Part shown: positions 1 through 12,400 of the stretch, piece after piece
How positions within the stretch are numbered: the stretch's first letter is position 1
How the letters are laid out: the number at the start of each line of letters is the position of its first letter
Assembly (NCBI RefSeq): GCF_964204645.1
Contig: NC_134026.1
Coordinates: 7,029,950-7,093,949, forward strand
Length of the DNA stretch: 64,000 nt
Reading direction: 5' to 3'
Origin: Tubulanus polymorphus
Lineage: Eukaryota > Animalia > Nemertea
The notes under the pieces: generated by a model
The model's input: the letters and a program-made list of their open reading frames with translations, nothing else
Database searches by the model: none
Told to the model about the DNA's origin: nothing
Translations under genes and position numbers: made by a program

Positions 1-502
1 TAACGAACGCCGGCGTGTTCTATTTCCTGTTCGATATTTCGAAGATCAGTTTTCGATAGATTTGGACGGATGTTTTTACGAGCCGGACACCGATGTGGAC
101 GGCTTAAATATTAATTACGTAATATACGTTTTCATCGTTCCGTTAGTTCTGATAATATCAAGTAATTCGATGATAATTTTCCGGTTGTTCCGTGGAAATA
201 AAGTGATTTCATCCAGTAATAAATCTAGCGCGAAGTCGCTTCGCACGACCGTGATGCTAGTTACCGTTTCGCTAGTATTCGCTGCCTGTACTGGTCCTAT
301 AACTGTAGTTACGCTGTTGCCTATTTCATCAGCTTTGTTTCAAATTGTTAACCTCACTTTCGTATCTCAGATACTGATTTGTAATTACGTAGTGAATTTC
401 TATATCTATATTTTGATCGGTAGCGAAATTCGTACGTTTTTCTGCGACAAAGTATTGTCGTTTTTCGGAAAAATTTCGACTGCCGCTACACTGAGAACGT
501 AA
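1..502 (+). CDS. 3' part of an intronless rhodopsin-class orphan GPCR (TM4-TM7), nested antisense in an NF1 intron; truncated by window edge, apparent 1-nt frameshift near 50-55
   Basis: ORF 62..502 aligns by eye to the 316-aa GPCRs (PLVLIISSNSMIIFRLFRG, TTVMLVTVSLVF, CNYVVNFYIYILIGSEIR). The TM4-like sequence TNAGVFYFLFDISKISF lies in a different frame at 3-53. Confidence 0.8.
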   Translation, partial: NERRRVLFPVRYFEDQFSIDLDGCFYEPDTDVDGLNINYVIYVFIVPLVLIISSNSMIIFRLFRGNKVISSSNKSSAKSLRTTVMLVTVSLVFAACTGPITVVTLLPISSALFQIVNLTFVSQILICNYVVNFYIYILIGSEIRTFFCDKVLSFFGKISTAATLRT

Positions 503-521
503 TATGGAAAATAATTAACTA

Positions 522-771
522 CAGTAGAACTCAGTCGAAGTCGTCATTGGATAAGTCATAACAACCTAACTGAAGTCATCTGTATTTTTGAGTCCCAATC
601 TGTATTTCCAATTTAATTGACGAAGTATTAGTCATCATTTGGATAAGTCGTCATATTACTGAAGTCATCTCCATTCTTGAGTCCCCGTATGTATTTCCAA
701 TTTAATTGACATTGTTAGTCATCAACATAATGATCATGATAACCATGACGACTTCTGAGGTAGTTTCACTG
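522..771. mobile_element. Tc1/mariner (Tigger/pogo-like) MITE
   Basis: TA|CAGT...ACTG|TA termini with imperfect inverted ends (gaagtcgtca / tgacgacttc); related copies near 32850-32985 and 35755-36050. Confidence 0.55.
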
Positions 772-916
772 TAATCGTTAAACGCACATTTGAAATTCTT
801 TTCATTAGGCCTATCCTAATCACGGGGAACTCAACTGCACAAAAGATTCATCCAAAAAAATACAATTTCCAGACGGATGAGTACCAGGTATATGTATCCG
901 AAAATATGGAAGAACT

Positions 917-1354
917 GGTATCAGGACAATTGCCCCCCCCCCCCCAAATTAAATCTTTTTAGTCTTAAAGTAACACAGATATTTACTTCAAATCAATTAG
1001 ACAAAGTGAACTAATTCTAGCTAATTAATTTCTCTAAGACTGTTTTAAAGTTTTTGATTGGCTTAAGTAACACTAAACCTAATTCCAATAAATCAGTCAA
1101 CATTAACTAATGCACTAATAAGTGGACTTATTAAGTTTCCTTTAATTTGGTAAGTAAATTATAATTACAAAAGGACAGATTTAAAGTTTTTGATCTGCAC
1201 ACAACATCAGTAATTCTATATCTTATAAATCTATATTCAAAAATATACAAATGAATTTCTAAGTAAAGTATTTAGGTGGTGTTAATCCAAATCAAAAAGG
1301 ATTTTATTCAGGGGGAGGGGGGGACATTGTACGGGGGGCAATTGTCCTAGAATC
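917..1354. mobile_element. Mutator-like MITE with 9-bp TSD
   Basis: Ends ggtatcaggacaattgcccc ... ggggcaattgtcctagaatc; direct repeat ggaagaact at 908-916 and 1355-1363; second copy at 14609-14880. Confidence 0.75.
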
Positions 1355-1998
1355 GGAAGAACTAATGTAAAAATTTGAAGGTTTTGATTGTTATTTGTCT
1401 CGACAACAACAACCTCAGTGGGAAGGCAGACAGGGGTCCGGACCATCGAAAAATACCCCCTACATCCCCTGACTACTGAGTAAATATTGCCATAAATCAT
1501 GATTCATAAAATATTTGTTAGTTCAGACGGATAAAGTCTTTTAAATGATTTTCATCATTTAAACGTGAGGATTGAATAATGAAACATGTAATGGACCCAG
1601 TTCCACAGTTAACATTAGACTTTAAAGTAACAAATGAACTAACACCAGATTCAAATACAGTAGGACTGGGTCCAGGACTCGAACTTATCAGGGTGGCCAC
1701 TTTTATTTAATAATAATCTATTTTTCATTAAACTATAAGGGAATACATGTACAAGTCATAATGATGACAATAGTGATAATGAAGACAAATGAAGGAAGCA
1801 GCGAAAGCCTAGAGGCTGTACAGGTCACTGCACATAAATATTTGACTTGCTTTTCCATCCGACTTTTCCCTGACATGCATGTTGTTTTCCCTGACTTGAT
1901 CCGCTAAGAATCCAATCAATTAACACAGTCGAATACGTAAGGCACAGACTGACATCGTTTGATTTTACATGCATCTAGCGATCTTAACTAATTTCCCT

Positions 1999-3490
1999 GG
2001 GGCCATTTGCTCAAAAATTGGTTAAATATAACCGGCATATAAATACCATAGTAACAATGAACTTTTAGTTGTCACTATGTCAACTATCCACTCGTTAACT
2101 CTAACCAACTTTTGAGCAACTGGCCCCTGAATTTTATCTCCTTTACAAAATTCCCTGACTTATATAAAGCAAAGAAATTTCCCTGAATTTTCCCCGTTAA
2201 GTGGCCACCCTGCTAATAGAAAATGAACTAATGTCTGAGTCAAATTTGAACGGGAAAATGTGGTACTGGATCGGGATTTTTAAATAATGATCTACGTAAA
2301 AAAAAACAAAACATGGACAACTAGAGAACAAGAAGAAGATATGCTAAGGAGACGCGTGACACGACGTGTGACGTATAGAGATACTTACTGAGTAACCGGA
2401 CAGTATTGTGAATCAGATGAACAACTCGTCAGAACGCTACTCTTTCTACTGTCCATACTATTACAACTATTGCTCGTTGTACTACTGTTAGTCGTCACAC
2501 TAAAATCATAATCATACCAGTCAGTAGTACAGTAGTACACTACATCCCCTTTTACTCCCCTCATATACCACTCAACATCGTTCCTTCATTACAACAACAT
2601 ACCCCTCCCCTCCACTACCCCTAAGGCTTATCTTCCAGCTTTCATGTTACTATAGGTCCATCGGAGATTGGCTTACAGACCAGTTATAACTGTAATCATG
2701 ATGCCCAGTAATGACAAGTCAATTAAATCTAAAGACCGGTCTGATTGTAAAAATTAGCAATAGAAGCAAGATGAGTTTAGACTAGTCTTAGATCTAAGTC
2801 ATGATAGTGCAAGTGACCCCTAGGAGCCAGTTTCATAGACCTGGGCCCAGTTGCCCAGTCGTGACTTAAGTCCAAAAGCTGTCTTAAATCTTAAGACTGG
2901 TCTTACGTCCTTAGATTGGCTCCAGAACTAAGTTGGTCTTAGACTGGTCTTAGATATAAGCCATGACCATGCAACCAGCCCCTGGGGCCAGTTGCTCAAA
3001 AGTTGGTAAAAGATGACCAGTAGATAAATCCCATAGTAATAATGAACTTTTGATTGTCACTATGTCAACTATCCACTGGTTTACTCCTTGGTTGACCAAC
3101 TTATGAACCACTGGCCCCTGTTTTCATTCTTTATCCGAGGGTTAACTCAATTCATAGACAACGCCCGAGTTAGAATCAGAAGTGGTCAATGAAACCGGCA
3201 TCAGGGTTTCAGTTTGAACTGGTCTATAAAACCAGCACCAAGGCCCAGTTACACAGTCTTGACTTTAGTCCAAAAGTGCAGTCTTTAAGTAAGAAGTTAG
3301 ATTAGCTATAGAACTTACAGCTTAGACTGGTCTTCAAGTTTGAAGATTGGCTATAGAACCAAGATGTGAGCTCAGACTGATCAAAGTTGCTAGATTGGCT
3401 ATAGAACCAAAATAAACTTAGACTGGTCTTAAGTTGCAACATTGGCTATAGAACTAAGATTAGCTTATACCGGTCTCCGCCATGACTGAG
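1999..3490. repeat. Cluster of short palindromic (MITE-like) repeats in NF1 introns
   Basis: ggcc(a/g)ttgctcaaaa.ttgg...ccaacttttgagcaactggccc units at ~1999-2127 and ~2984-3118; gggcccagtt...cttaagactggtctta family at ~2845-2985 and 3241-3490, recurring at ~34513-34610 and ~63540-63770. Confidence 0.6.
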
Positions 3491-6400
3491 CGACTCAGGC
3501 TCCTTGACTGGGGCTCAATCAATGACGACTATCAGAGGCACAGATACTGACCTGGTCCGGTGAGGTTTATTTTGAAGACTAACGCAACCGAGAGCGCACA
3601 GAAATCCAGTCATATTCGCCCATTCATTCAACTGATCCTACAGTACAAATACACATCACAGAGATCAGAAATAAACACAGTTTATAATCACGTATCACAT
3701 TGATGGACACGATCAAATTTTTTACATTTCTTTCCAAATCTTTAATATTGGCTTTTTGCACTTTTTTTTCCAAAAGAATGACTTCACATTTTATAATGAT
3801 CATTTTTTTCAGATTTTTAACACTTTTTCACATCAAGATATGATAACATAAGCGGTAAATGATCACAGCTGGACGGATTAAAATGAAATTCATTTAAACT
3901 TTAACACAGCTTGTGCATAAATTCTGAACTACATATACGGTATATAAAACATATAAGAGGAACTAAATATTTCGATGGACACTTTTCTCGAACTTTCACA
4001 CATTTTATATTATTTTTCAGATTTCAATCTGTTTAACCGATGTGAGATGGTTTACCTCTAATTCGTGTTCGGTTGAATTCGGTTGTAGTCTACGTTTTGT
4101 AATATTTCTAGACGCGTAAGTATCCGCTGGTTCTTCGGGTTTCGTCTTCGGGAAATTCTCCAGGATTTTCGTCGCCGTATCCCACGTCGTGAACGTGTCT
4201 TCCCAAGCCTGAAATCAAATATCAGCGATTATGAAACAGTGTCTTCTATAATCATGAGCGCAGTGATCCCTGGCAGCTTAGGTTAACTGAGTCAGTCAGT
4301 ACAGAGTTGGCAGCAGTTTAAACAGAAAGTTTCAACCAAGATAAATTCATCTACTTCATCAGCACTGAGTCATCATCACCATAGCCAAAGCATTGGGGCT
4401 GTTGGCACAAGATGATGTGAACCGACACTTCCATTTTTGTCTGTTTCACCAGCGGCAGCAGCAACAGCAGCAGCAACAAGAAGGGGAGGTCCAGGAGATT
4501 CCATACCACTCCTTGACTCATAGCCACCATCGTTTGGTACCGACTGTTCTATCAACCGACCAAACGCCATTCAGGGTGGTCATTAGCAGGTTTCAGGGTT
4601 TTTCATCCCGATTAAGGGGGGGTCAGGGAAGAACCTTCTTCCAAGAAACTCAGTTCCCTGGATTTTGATCGATTCCAATGACTGATAGCTAAAAACCCTG
4701 AAAAGCTCTCAAATACATCCCTCAGCACACAACTCAGGCAGACGGCTCGGCACACTGATCAGGCACAGACACAATTTTTTCGGCACACCATTCAGCACAC
4801 TGCTCAGGCACACAGTTCGCCACACCATTTCTTATCCTATTACCTGATTATTTCCCGGTGTTGAATGTTCGATCTTTCTCAATAAAGACATGATTCGTTT
4901 TTGAAGAGCAGCCCTACCGGTAGCTAAAGATCGACTAGCATGCGTTAATTCAAGGTAGATATTATGATTGAGCATACTCAGTCCGGGAGCTAGTTCCTCG
5001 GTTCCAGATCTGATATCAGCTTCCTCACACAGAAACTGGAAACAGGACATTGCGGTCAACACAGCATCGATATCAATACTCCATAGATAGATGAAGAACA
5101 CAACCTAAAATGAAATTGAAATATCAAAAGCTCATTTAGATTTTCCTTTACGTTGTGGGTTTTTACTTCAAATATCATCAGACACCAGGGTGAAGTTAAA
5201 AGTGGTAGTACTAGTAGTGTTATCGATGGGTAGTACTTGGTAGGGAGATAAATCTCAATGTGTAAAGGATTTCCTTTCTTGAAATTTTCTATAAGGGCAG
5301 TTACACTTCTGGATTTTCTTGGTTGTTCAGGGGGTTTTAGCCAAATAGATGTAGATTGGACAAGGAAAGATTTATAGAAGTTATTACTTTTATGGGGGAA
5401 AATTTGGGGAAAGATAAATACGTATTTCAGACTTACCTCTAGTTTGATTTGTGCCTGTCGACAGATAGCTATATTACTGCCTATATTGGCGTACTCTTTA
5501 TGCCTATTGAGGAATTCAACGCGACACATCATTATGCTCCGCAGCCACTTCAATATCTCCTGATAATTTTCGATTTGATGTTGGATCAGTTTCTGAGAGA
5601 TCGCAAATAAAACTTGAGAACTGAAAAAATTTCGAAACGACAAGATATTGAATTAGAGAAGCGATTGTCAGAGGCCGGAGGGTTGATCCTGACTGAGATG
5701 CTACTTTCAATCAGGGGCTGACACAGACTGTACATACTACCGTTGAAATATCGGGTACCTGTTTTGAACTGATGACGACATTTTTGCCTTAGCTGCTTTG
5801 CGACATTTGTCAGAATAGATCACATATAATGTATACCCCCCAGTGCCCTTACAGTAGACTCGGCTTGCCTCGGATTTTGGGGAACCAATAAATCCTGTAT
5901 GAGGTACATAAATTCTGAACCAGTCGGAGCCAGATGGGTCATTATCTCAATCAGTTGGATTAAGAAAATTTGTGACATATTGTCAGGCGGGGTACGAGAA
6001 ATCCCAGATCAAATCCCAGGTGAATGGAGTATACAGCATAAAACTTGGTGTCAGTTAAGAGGAATATAAAATATAAGTGCCGTTTTCTCTTGCCGGCGCT
6101 AAAATCAGAAAACAGATACGAAATAAGCGTCAAATTATTCTACTTTTCGTACCTGACATCCCAGAATGTATTGACAGGTTTCTCTGGATTCCATTTCTCG
6201 ATGTTGATCGGTTGATGCAAGACTAACAACGCTTTCATCGCTTCCTGCGACACGACGTACGGCATACTTTGTAGATGAACTAGAGAAACTAGACCATTTA
6301 TCAGTTCTAACGTAGAACTCTGGATCTCATGACTGGCTTTACTAGGATTCTATAAATAATCAGATAACATACAAATTATCAATCATCAGATACATTTATT

Positions 6401-9400
6401 TGACTCGCTTTGTCCCGGACATCAGTGCTGTCAACCGATCAAATTCCATTTAAGGATTAATGGTAGATTTATTAGGAATATTGAATGTTCCGATATGAAT
6501 ACAGCAAAACTATAAAAATTTTGGCTTTCACCAATTGAGAATATTTTGTTTTCAATCGGTAATACTTTTTCAGACATGCACGTTGTTTTCCCTGACTTGA
6601 TCTGCTATAAGAATCCAATAAGTTAACAAGGTCAAATCGAAAGACAAAGAAATAAACTGTTTGCAATTAGTGAACACGGTCAAATACGTAAGACATAGAA
6701 AGAAACTGTTTGATTCCATGTAGCCAAATCTAAACTCAGTGATTTGTAGAATTTTATTTCTTTTTGATCCTGGTCATAGATTTGAACATAATGTTCAGAA
6801 ATAAGGAGGATTTCTTCATGAACTAGTGATTTTAGGGTGATTCTATTTGTCATCAAATTACAGGAGAAATGTTAAAGAATTCTTTCATTGAGAAGAGTAG
6901 AGTCACCAGTGTTTTCCCTATAGAACTGGACATTTCTATACAAAGACATACTCCAACCTTTTTCAGATGTTTAACTATAATACATTTCATAATTTACAAT
7001 GAATTCTTGTACAACATTTATTGATATTTCCTTTAGTTACACTTATATTTTGCACAATAATAAACTTTCACGTATTCTAAATGCATCGTATTAGATTTCA
7101 GACAATTAATTTTTTATTTTTTTCCTGTTAACAATAAAGCATACAAATGAATTTTAGCGGTAACAAAGACTTTAATGATTTCTTTACATTAAAGTTAAAT
7201 TAGTTTTCCAATAGGCCTATGGGGAGGCACGGCCAGTGCCAGAACGTTTCTCATACAGTCAGTACACTCTCACACAGTCAGTACATTCTTACAGTATTGA
7301 TGACACAGTTAATCTTCGTGACTCATGAATCTAACTCAGATGCAGATTGGTGAAACTTATCACAGTTACATCGTTCTCATGTCTGTGGTAAACAGATCCG
7401 GAATCTACCGTACTGTGTCACTGGTCATTCTGGTTATCTTATTCTTCTTAGGAGCCTTCGGAAATTCAGCTACTTTCCTCATAATGATAAGTCGCAGATT
7501 CCGCAGTTTGTCCTACGCTAATTATCTTATCGTTTTGTCTCTCAGTGATTTGCTGTACTCTATTAATTATACATTGATACCTGTTTTACAGTTTGTTCTC
7601 CTTAATCTAAACATTGGTCCTATATTTATGATAACTTCACTGGTCGGTTGTCAAATCTACGAATTTGTAATGCAACTTGCGTGCAGCAATAGTTCGTGGT
7701 TGATAGTAGCAATATCTCTAGAACGTGCGGCAGTTGTGCTCTTCCCGTTCACATCTCGTTTGATATGTACACCGAGATTCGCCAGATTTGCTACATTTAT
7801 TATTACTGCAGTGAACGTAGTGGTTATAAATCTTCTACCAACTTTGTCGATACATTTTACCGACCAGTTTTTGGGATGTTACTATGAATTATCTGACAAA
7901 ATAAGATTTCTGAGCATAATTGTCATTCACAGTAACATTCTACCTTTGTCTTTGATTCTAATATCAAATTCTGTTATAATAATTCAGTTATTCAGAGGTT
8001 CAAAAATGGTTTCGTCTGATCAGAAAACTACAAGATCAAAACGTACGACAATAATGCTTGTAACTGTTTCACTCGCATTTGCGCTATTCACACTTCCAAA
8101 CGCTATTAGTGCATTGTTACCAATCTCACCAGAACAGAAAGATTTTCTATATGACATTGTCACACACTTTCATGTTTGTAACTTCGTCGTAAATTTCTAC
8201 ATTTATATTTTACTCGGACGAGAAATTCGTGAATATTTCTGTATGAAAATCTGCTGTAGAAATTCAGTGAAATAACCATTGATTTCAAGTAAGTTTGATT
8301 CACTTCATACAACTTTTTCAAATCTACACAAAACTGCTTATCAAGATCTCGCGGGACTAAAAATGTTCTCTGATAAAAGCGAATTTTGAGGCAGCCAGAG
8401 TGAAATGATTGCGATCACAATCTTTATTAGAATCAAAAGTCAACTTCCTTTTTTACTTCATCGGCAGCTCATTGGTCATCACACTAACCACACAAACCAC
8501 CAAACATGGCAGAGAGAATCAGTGGAAGGAATGTATAACTCAACTTGGAACGCCGGAGGGAAATTTAAAAGATTAGCAGCTATCATGCTTTTTACACTCT
8601 TTCCACTAGGCGACAGCATTAGCAGTTAACATATGGTCTAGTGGGAAGATGCTGAGCTAGTAATTTACTGGCCCGGGTTCGAGTCTCGCTCTATCCGCGC
8701 GCTTCATATTCTACTTATACTTTAAAGAACTCTCCTTATCATAGGAGACACGTTTTAGTGTAGAAATTGGCTGGAAAAGAGTAAATGAATAATAATAATA
8801 ATCAGCAGAATCTAAAAGGGTTTTTTGTGGTTTTTCGCGACATAGCAGAAAACCCTAACAAAGAACAACGCATCCAGAAGGATCGACTGAGTAAACAGTT
8901 TACTTTTGAACACAAAAATCATTTTTCTCAGATTTGCAATTACATGTGAAGATGATATCGTAGTGTTAAACACCACTGCATGTAGTAGGGCCCATTTTTA
9001 AAAAAATCATTATGCTGTCGGCTTCCAGCAGATTGCGAATATGCTTACAAAAAAGATTACAACACATGGAAGCAGCTGAATTAAACATTCTTATTTTCAT
9101 AGCAATCTACATGGTATATGATGTTGTTTTTGAGCAGGTGTTCTCCCTCTATTCATTGACCCTGTACTTGTCTTGTACTTCAGCTGCGTTCACACTCCGT
9201 ACTTCGCTGGTGCCGAATTCACCAAAATACAACACTTATACGGCCATTTACATTCACAGTACGAGTCCAATTCGGCACTTAGTAAGTCCAGTATAGTAGT
9301 CACCCATTGTGCCAATAGAGGGGAGTGTATTTAGAGTTTTGTACTACGAGAATGTGAATACGCCGCTAGCTAAGCGCCGAATCTGCGTTCATACTGTACA

Positions 9401-12400
9401 TTTCATAATTTACAATGAATTCTTGTACAACGTTTATTGATATTCCCTTTAGTTACACTTATATTTTGCACAATAATAAACTTTCACGTATTCTAAATGC
9501 ATCATATTAGATTTCTGACAATTAATTTTCGCTGTTAACAATAAAGCATACAAATGAATTCTAGCGTTAATGAAGACTTTAATGATGTCTTTACATTAAA
9601 GTGAAACTAGTTTTCCAATGGGCCTATGTGGAGGCACGGCCAGTGCCAGAACGTTCTCATACAGTCAGTACACTCTCACACAGCCAGTACATTCTTACAG
9701 CATTGATGACACAGTTAATCTTCGTGACTCATGAATCTAACTCAGATGCAGATTGGTGAAACTTATCAGAGTTACATTGTGCTCATGTCTGTGGTAAACA
9801 GATCCGGAATCTACCGTACTGTGTCACTGGTCATTCTGGTAATCTTATTTTTCTTAGGAGCCTTCGGAAATTCAGCTACTTTCCTGATTATGATAAGTCG
9901 CAGATTCCGCAGTTTGTCCTACGCTAACTATCTTATCGTTTTGTCTCTCAGTGATTTGCTGTACTCTATAAATTGTACACTGATCCCTGTTTTACAGTTC
10001 GTTCTCCTAAATCTAAACACTGGTCCTATATTTATGATAACTTCACTGGTCGGTTGTCAAATCTACGAATTTGTAATGCAACTTGCGTGCAGCAATAGTT
10101 CGTGGTTGATAGTAGCAATATCTCTAGAACGTGCGGCAGTTGTGCTCTTCCCGATCACATCTCGTTTGATATGTACACCGAGATTCGCTAGATTTGCTAC
10201 ATTTATTATTACTGCAGAGAACATAGTCGTTATAAATCTTCTACCAACTTTGTCGATTCATTTTACCGACCCGCTTTCGGGATGTAACTATGAATTATCT
10301 GACAAAATAAGATTTCTCAGCATAATTGTCATTCACAGTAACATTCTACCTTTGTTTATGATTCTAATATCAAATTCTGTTATAATAATTCAGTTATTCA
10401 GAGGTTCAAAAATGGTTTCGTCTGATCAGAGAACTACAAAATCAAAACGCACAACGATAATGCTTGTAACTGTTTCACTCGCATTTGCGCTATTCACACT
10501 TCCAAACGCTATCAGTGCATTGTTACCAATCTCACTGGAACAGAAAGAGTTTCTATATGACATTGTCACACACTTTCATATTTGTAACTTCGTCGTAAAT
10601 TTCTACATTTATATTTTACTGGGGCGAGAAATTCGTGAATATTTCTGTATGAAAATCTGCTGTAGAAATTCAGTGAAATAACCATTGATTTCAAGTAAGT
10701 TTGATTCACTTCATACAAATTTTTAAAATCTGCACTAAACTCCAGATCGCATGGGACCAAAAAGTGTTCTCAGAGGAAAGCAAATTTTGAGGTGGCCAGA
10801 GTGAAGTGGTCGTGTGAATTGCCTATTGTGCACAGTTCACAATGTTTGTACCCGGGTTTCTGTAACGGAGACTGTTGTAGGTAACAAGGCAGGAAAGCAG
10901 CTGAATTAAACATCTTTTTTCTTCATAGCAATCTACATGTAAGATGTTGTCGTTTTTGAGCTGGTGTTCTCCCTCTATTCATTGACCCTGTACAAATGAA
11001 TCTATGGACTATGAAAATCATGTACCCAATTTCATCAAACTATGACAATTAAAACTCAAAACCTATTTTATACATTACATATATAGATTGCTTAGAAAAT
11101 AGTCACATATTTTCATTCTACAGTAAATCTTGCCTTATTAGGACAAACTGCGACAACCAGAAATATCAGTCAGAGGTAAGCAAAGTCCGAGTTAAGGATA
11201 GGAAAATATGTTAGTAAGTCAGAAAAGCGATTCTATTTGTCATCAAATTGTAGGCAAAAGAAATGTGTAACAAATACTGAAGCTAAACAATTCTTTTTCC
11301 CGAGAAGAGAAGTGAGTGTTTATTTATTTCTGCTGTAGCCAGTTACCAAGCCTGACTGGTCACCACAGTATAACTGGGGGAGATGCTATTGTGTGACCAG
11401 TGTTTTGCCTGTATAGATAGATATTTTCAAACCTGTTCAGATGTTTTACTATGAAATATTTCACCAATGACAACAAACTCTTGTACAGCGTATGTTGATA
11501 TTTGATACAGTTACATTTATCATTTTGTGCAATAACAAACTTTCACATATTCTGATTAAATTATGTAAGATTTCCGAGATGTGAACTTCTAGTTACAGAT
11601 AATGGATCTTACAAATGAATTGTAGCTGTAATAAAGACTTAAATGATATCTTCGAATTAAAGTTAAATCTAATGTACAATGGGCCTAAGTGAGGGAATAC
11701 ATGGTTCCCGAAGATTCTCATACAGTCAGTATATTCCGAGACAGTCAGAATACTCACAGTCAGTACAGTCTCAGAAAGTCAGTACAGTTTCTTCTGCATC
11801 CTCGCATGCCAGGGTTTGGTCTCCAAAGATTTCTGTGGTAGACAGGTTTCCGCTCAGCAGCCAACAGTCATACACCTAGCCGATCAAATATGTGGTATTG
11901 AAAGAGCGAACACGCTCGTAAAAAGCAATGCATATGATTGGCTTAATACATAAGACAGGTGGGCGATGGTCGAAAACCTGTCTGCTAAAGAAATCTTAGG
12001 CAGTGTAATAGACCTAATGAAGGGTCTGCGGCCAGGGTTTATGTTGGTGCAAGCTTCGGCGGTAGGCAACCAAACCATGTATACAACTGACATTTTTCCA
12101 ACCGGTTCAGATGTTTTACCATAGGACATTTCACCATTTACAATAAATTCTTGTACAGCAAATATTGATATTCAATTTAGTAACCAGGGATGAAAACAGA
12201 GGCGTTTAAAAGTTGCGAAGCCCCTAAAGGGGGTTTGGGAGAAAATTTTGAAATTCCAAGGAGTTTTTGGCGCATCTGAGGCCCATTTTCCAATGACAAA
12301 ATAAGACTGCTGCGACGTGGTTGATCGTTTGTTGTGAAAAGGATGGCTCCGACGATATCTAAATCACTAGACCATGTTCATACTTAAATGAACTTGTCAA

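Noticed and set aside
4376-4668. Poly-Q / poly-A ORFs
   Set aside because: Short CAG run in an NF1 intron; no splice or homology support, and the flanking exons join in phase without it.
8625-8705. Possible tRNA gene (also tRNA-like text at ~58085-58135)
   Set aside because: A/B-box-like motifs only; acceptor and anticodon stems do not form, so treated as SINE-like.
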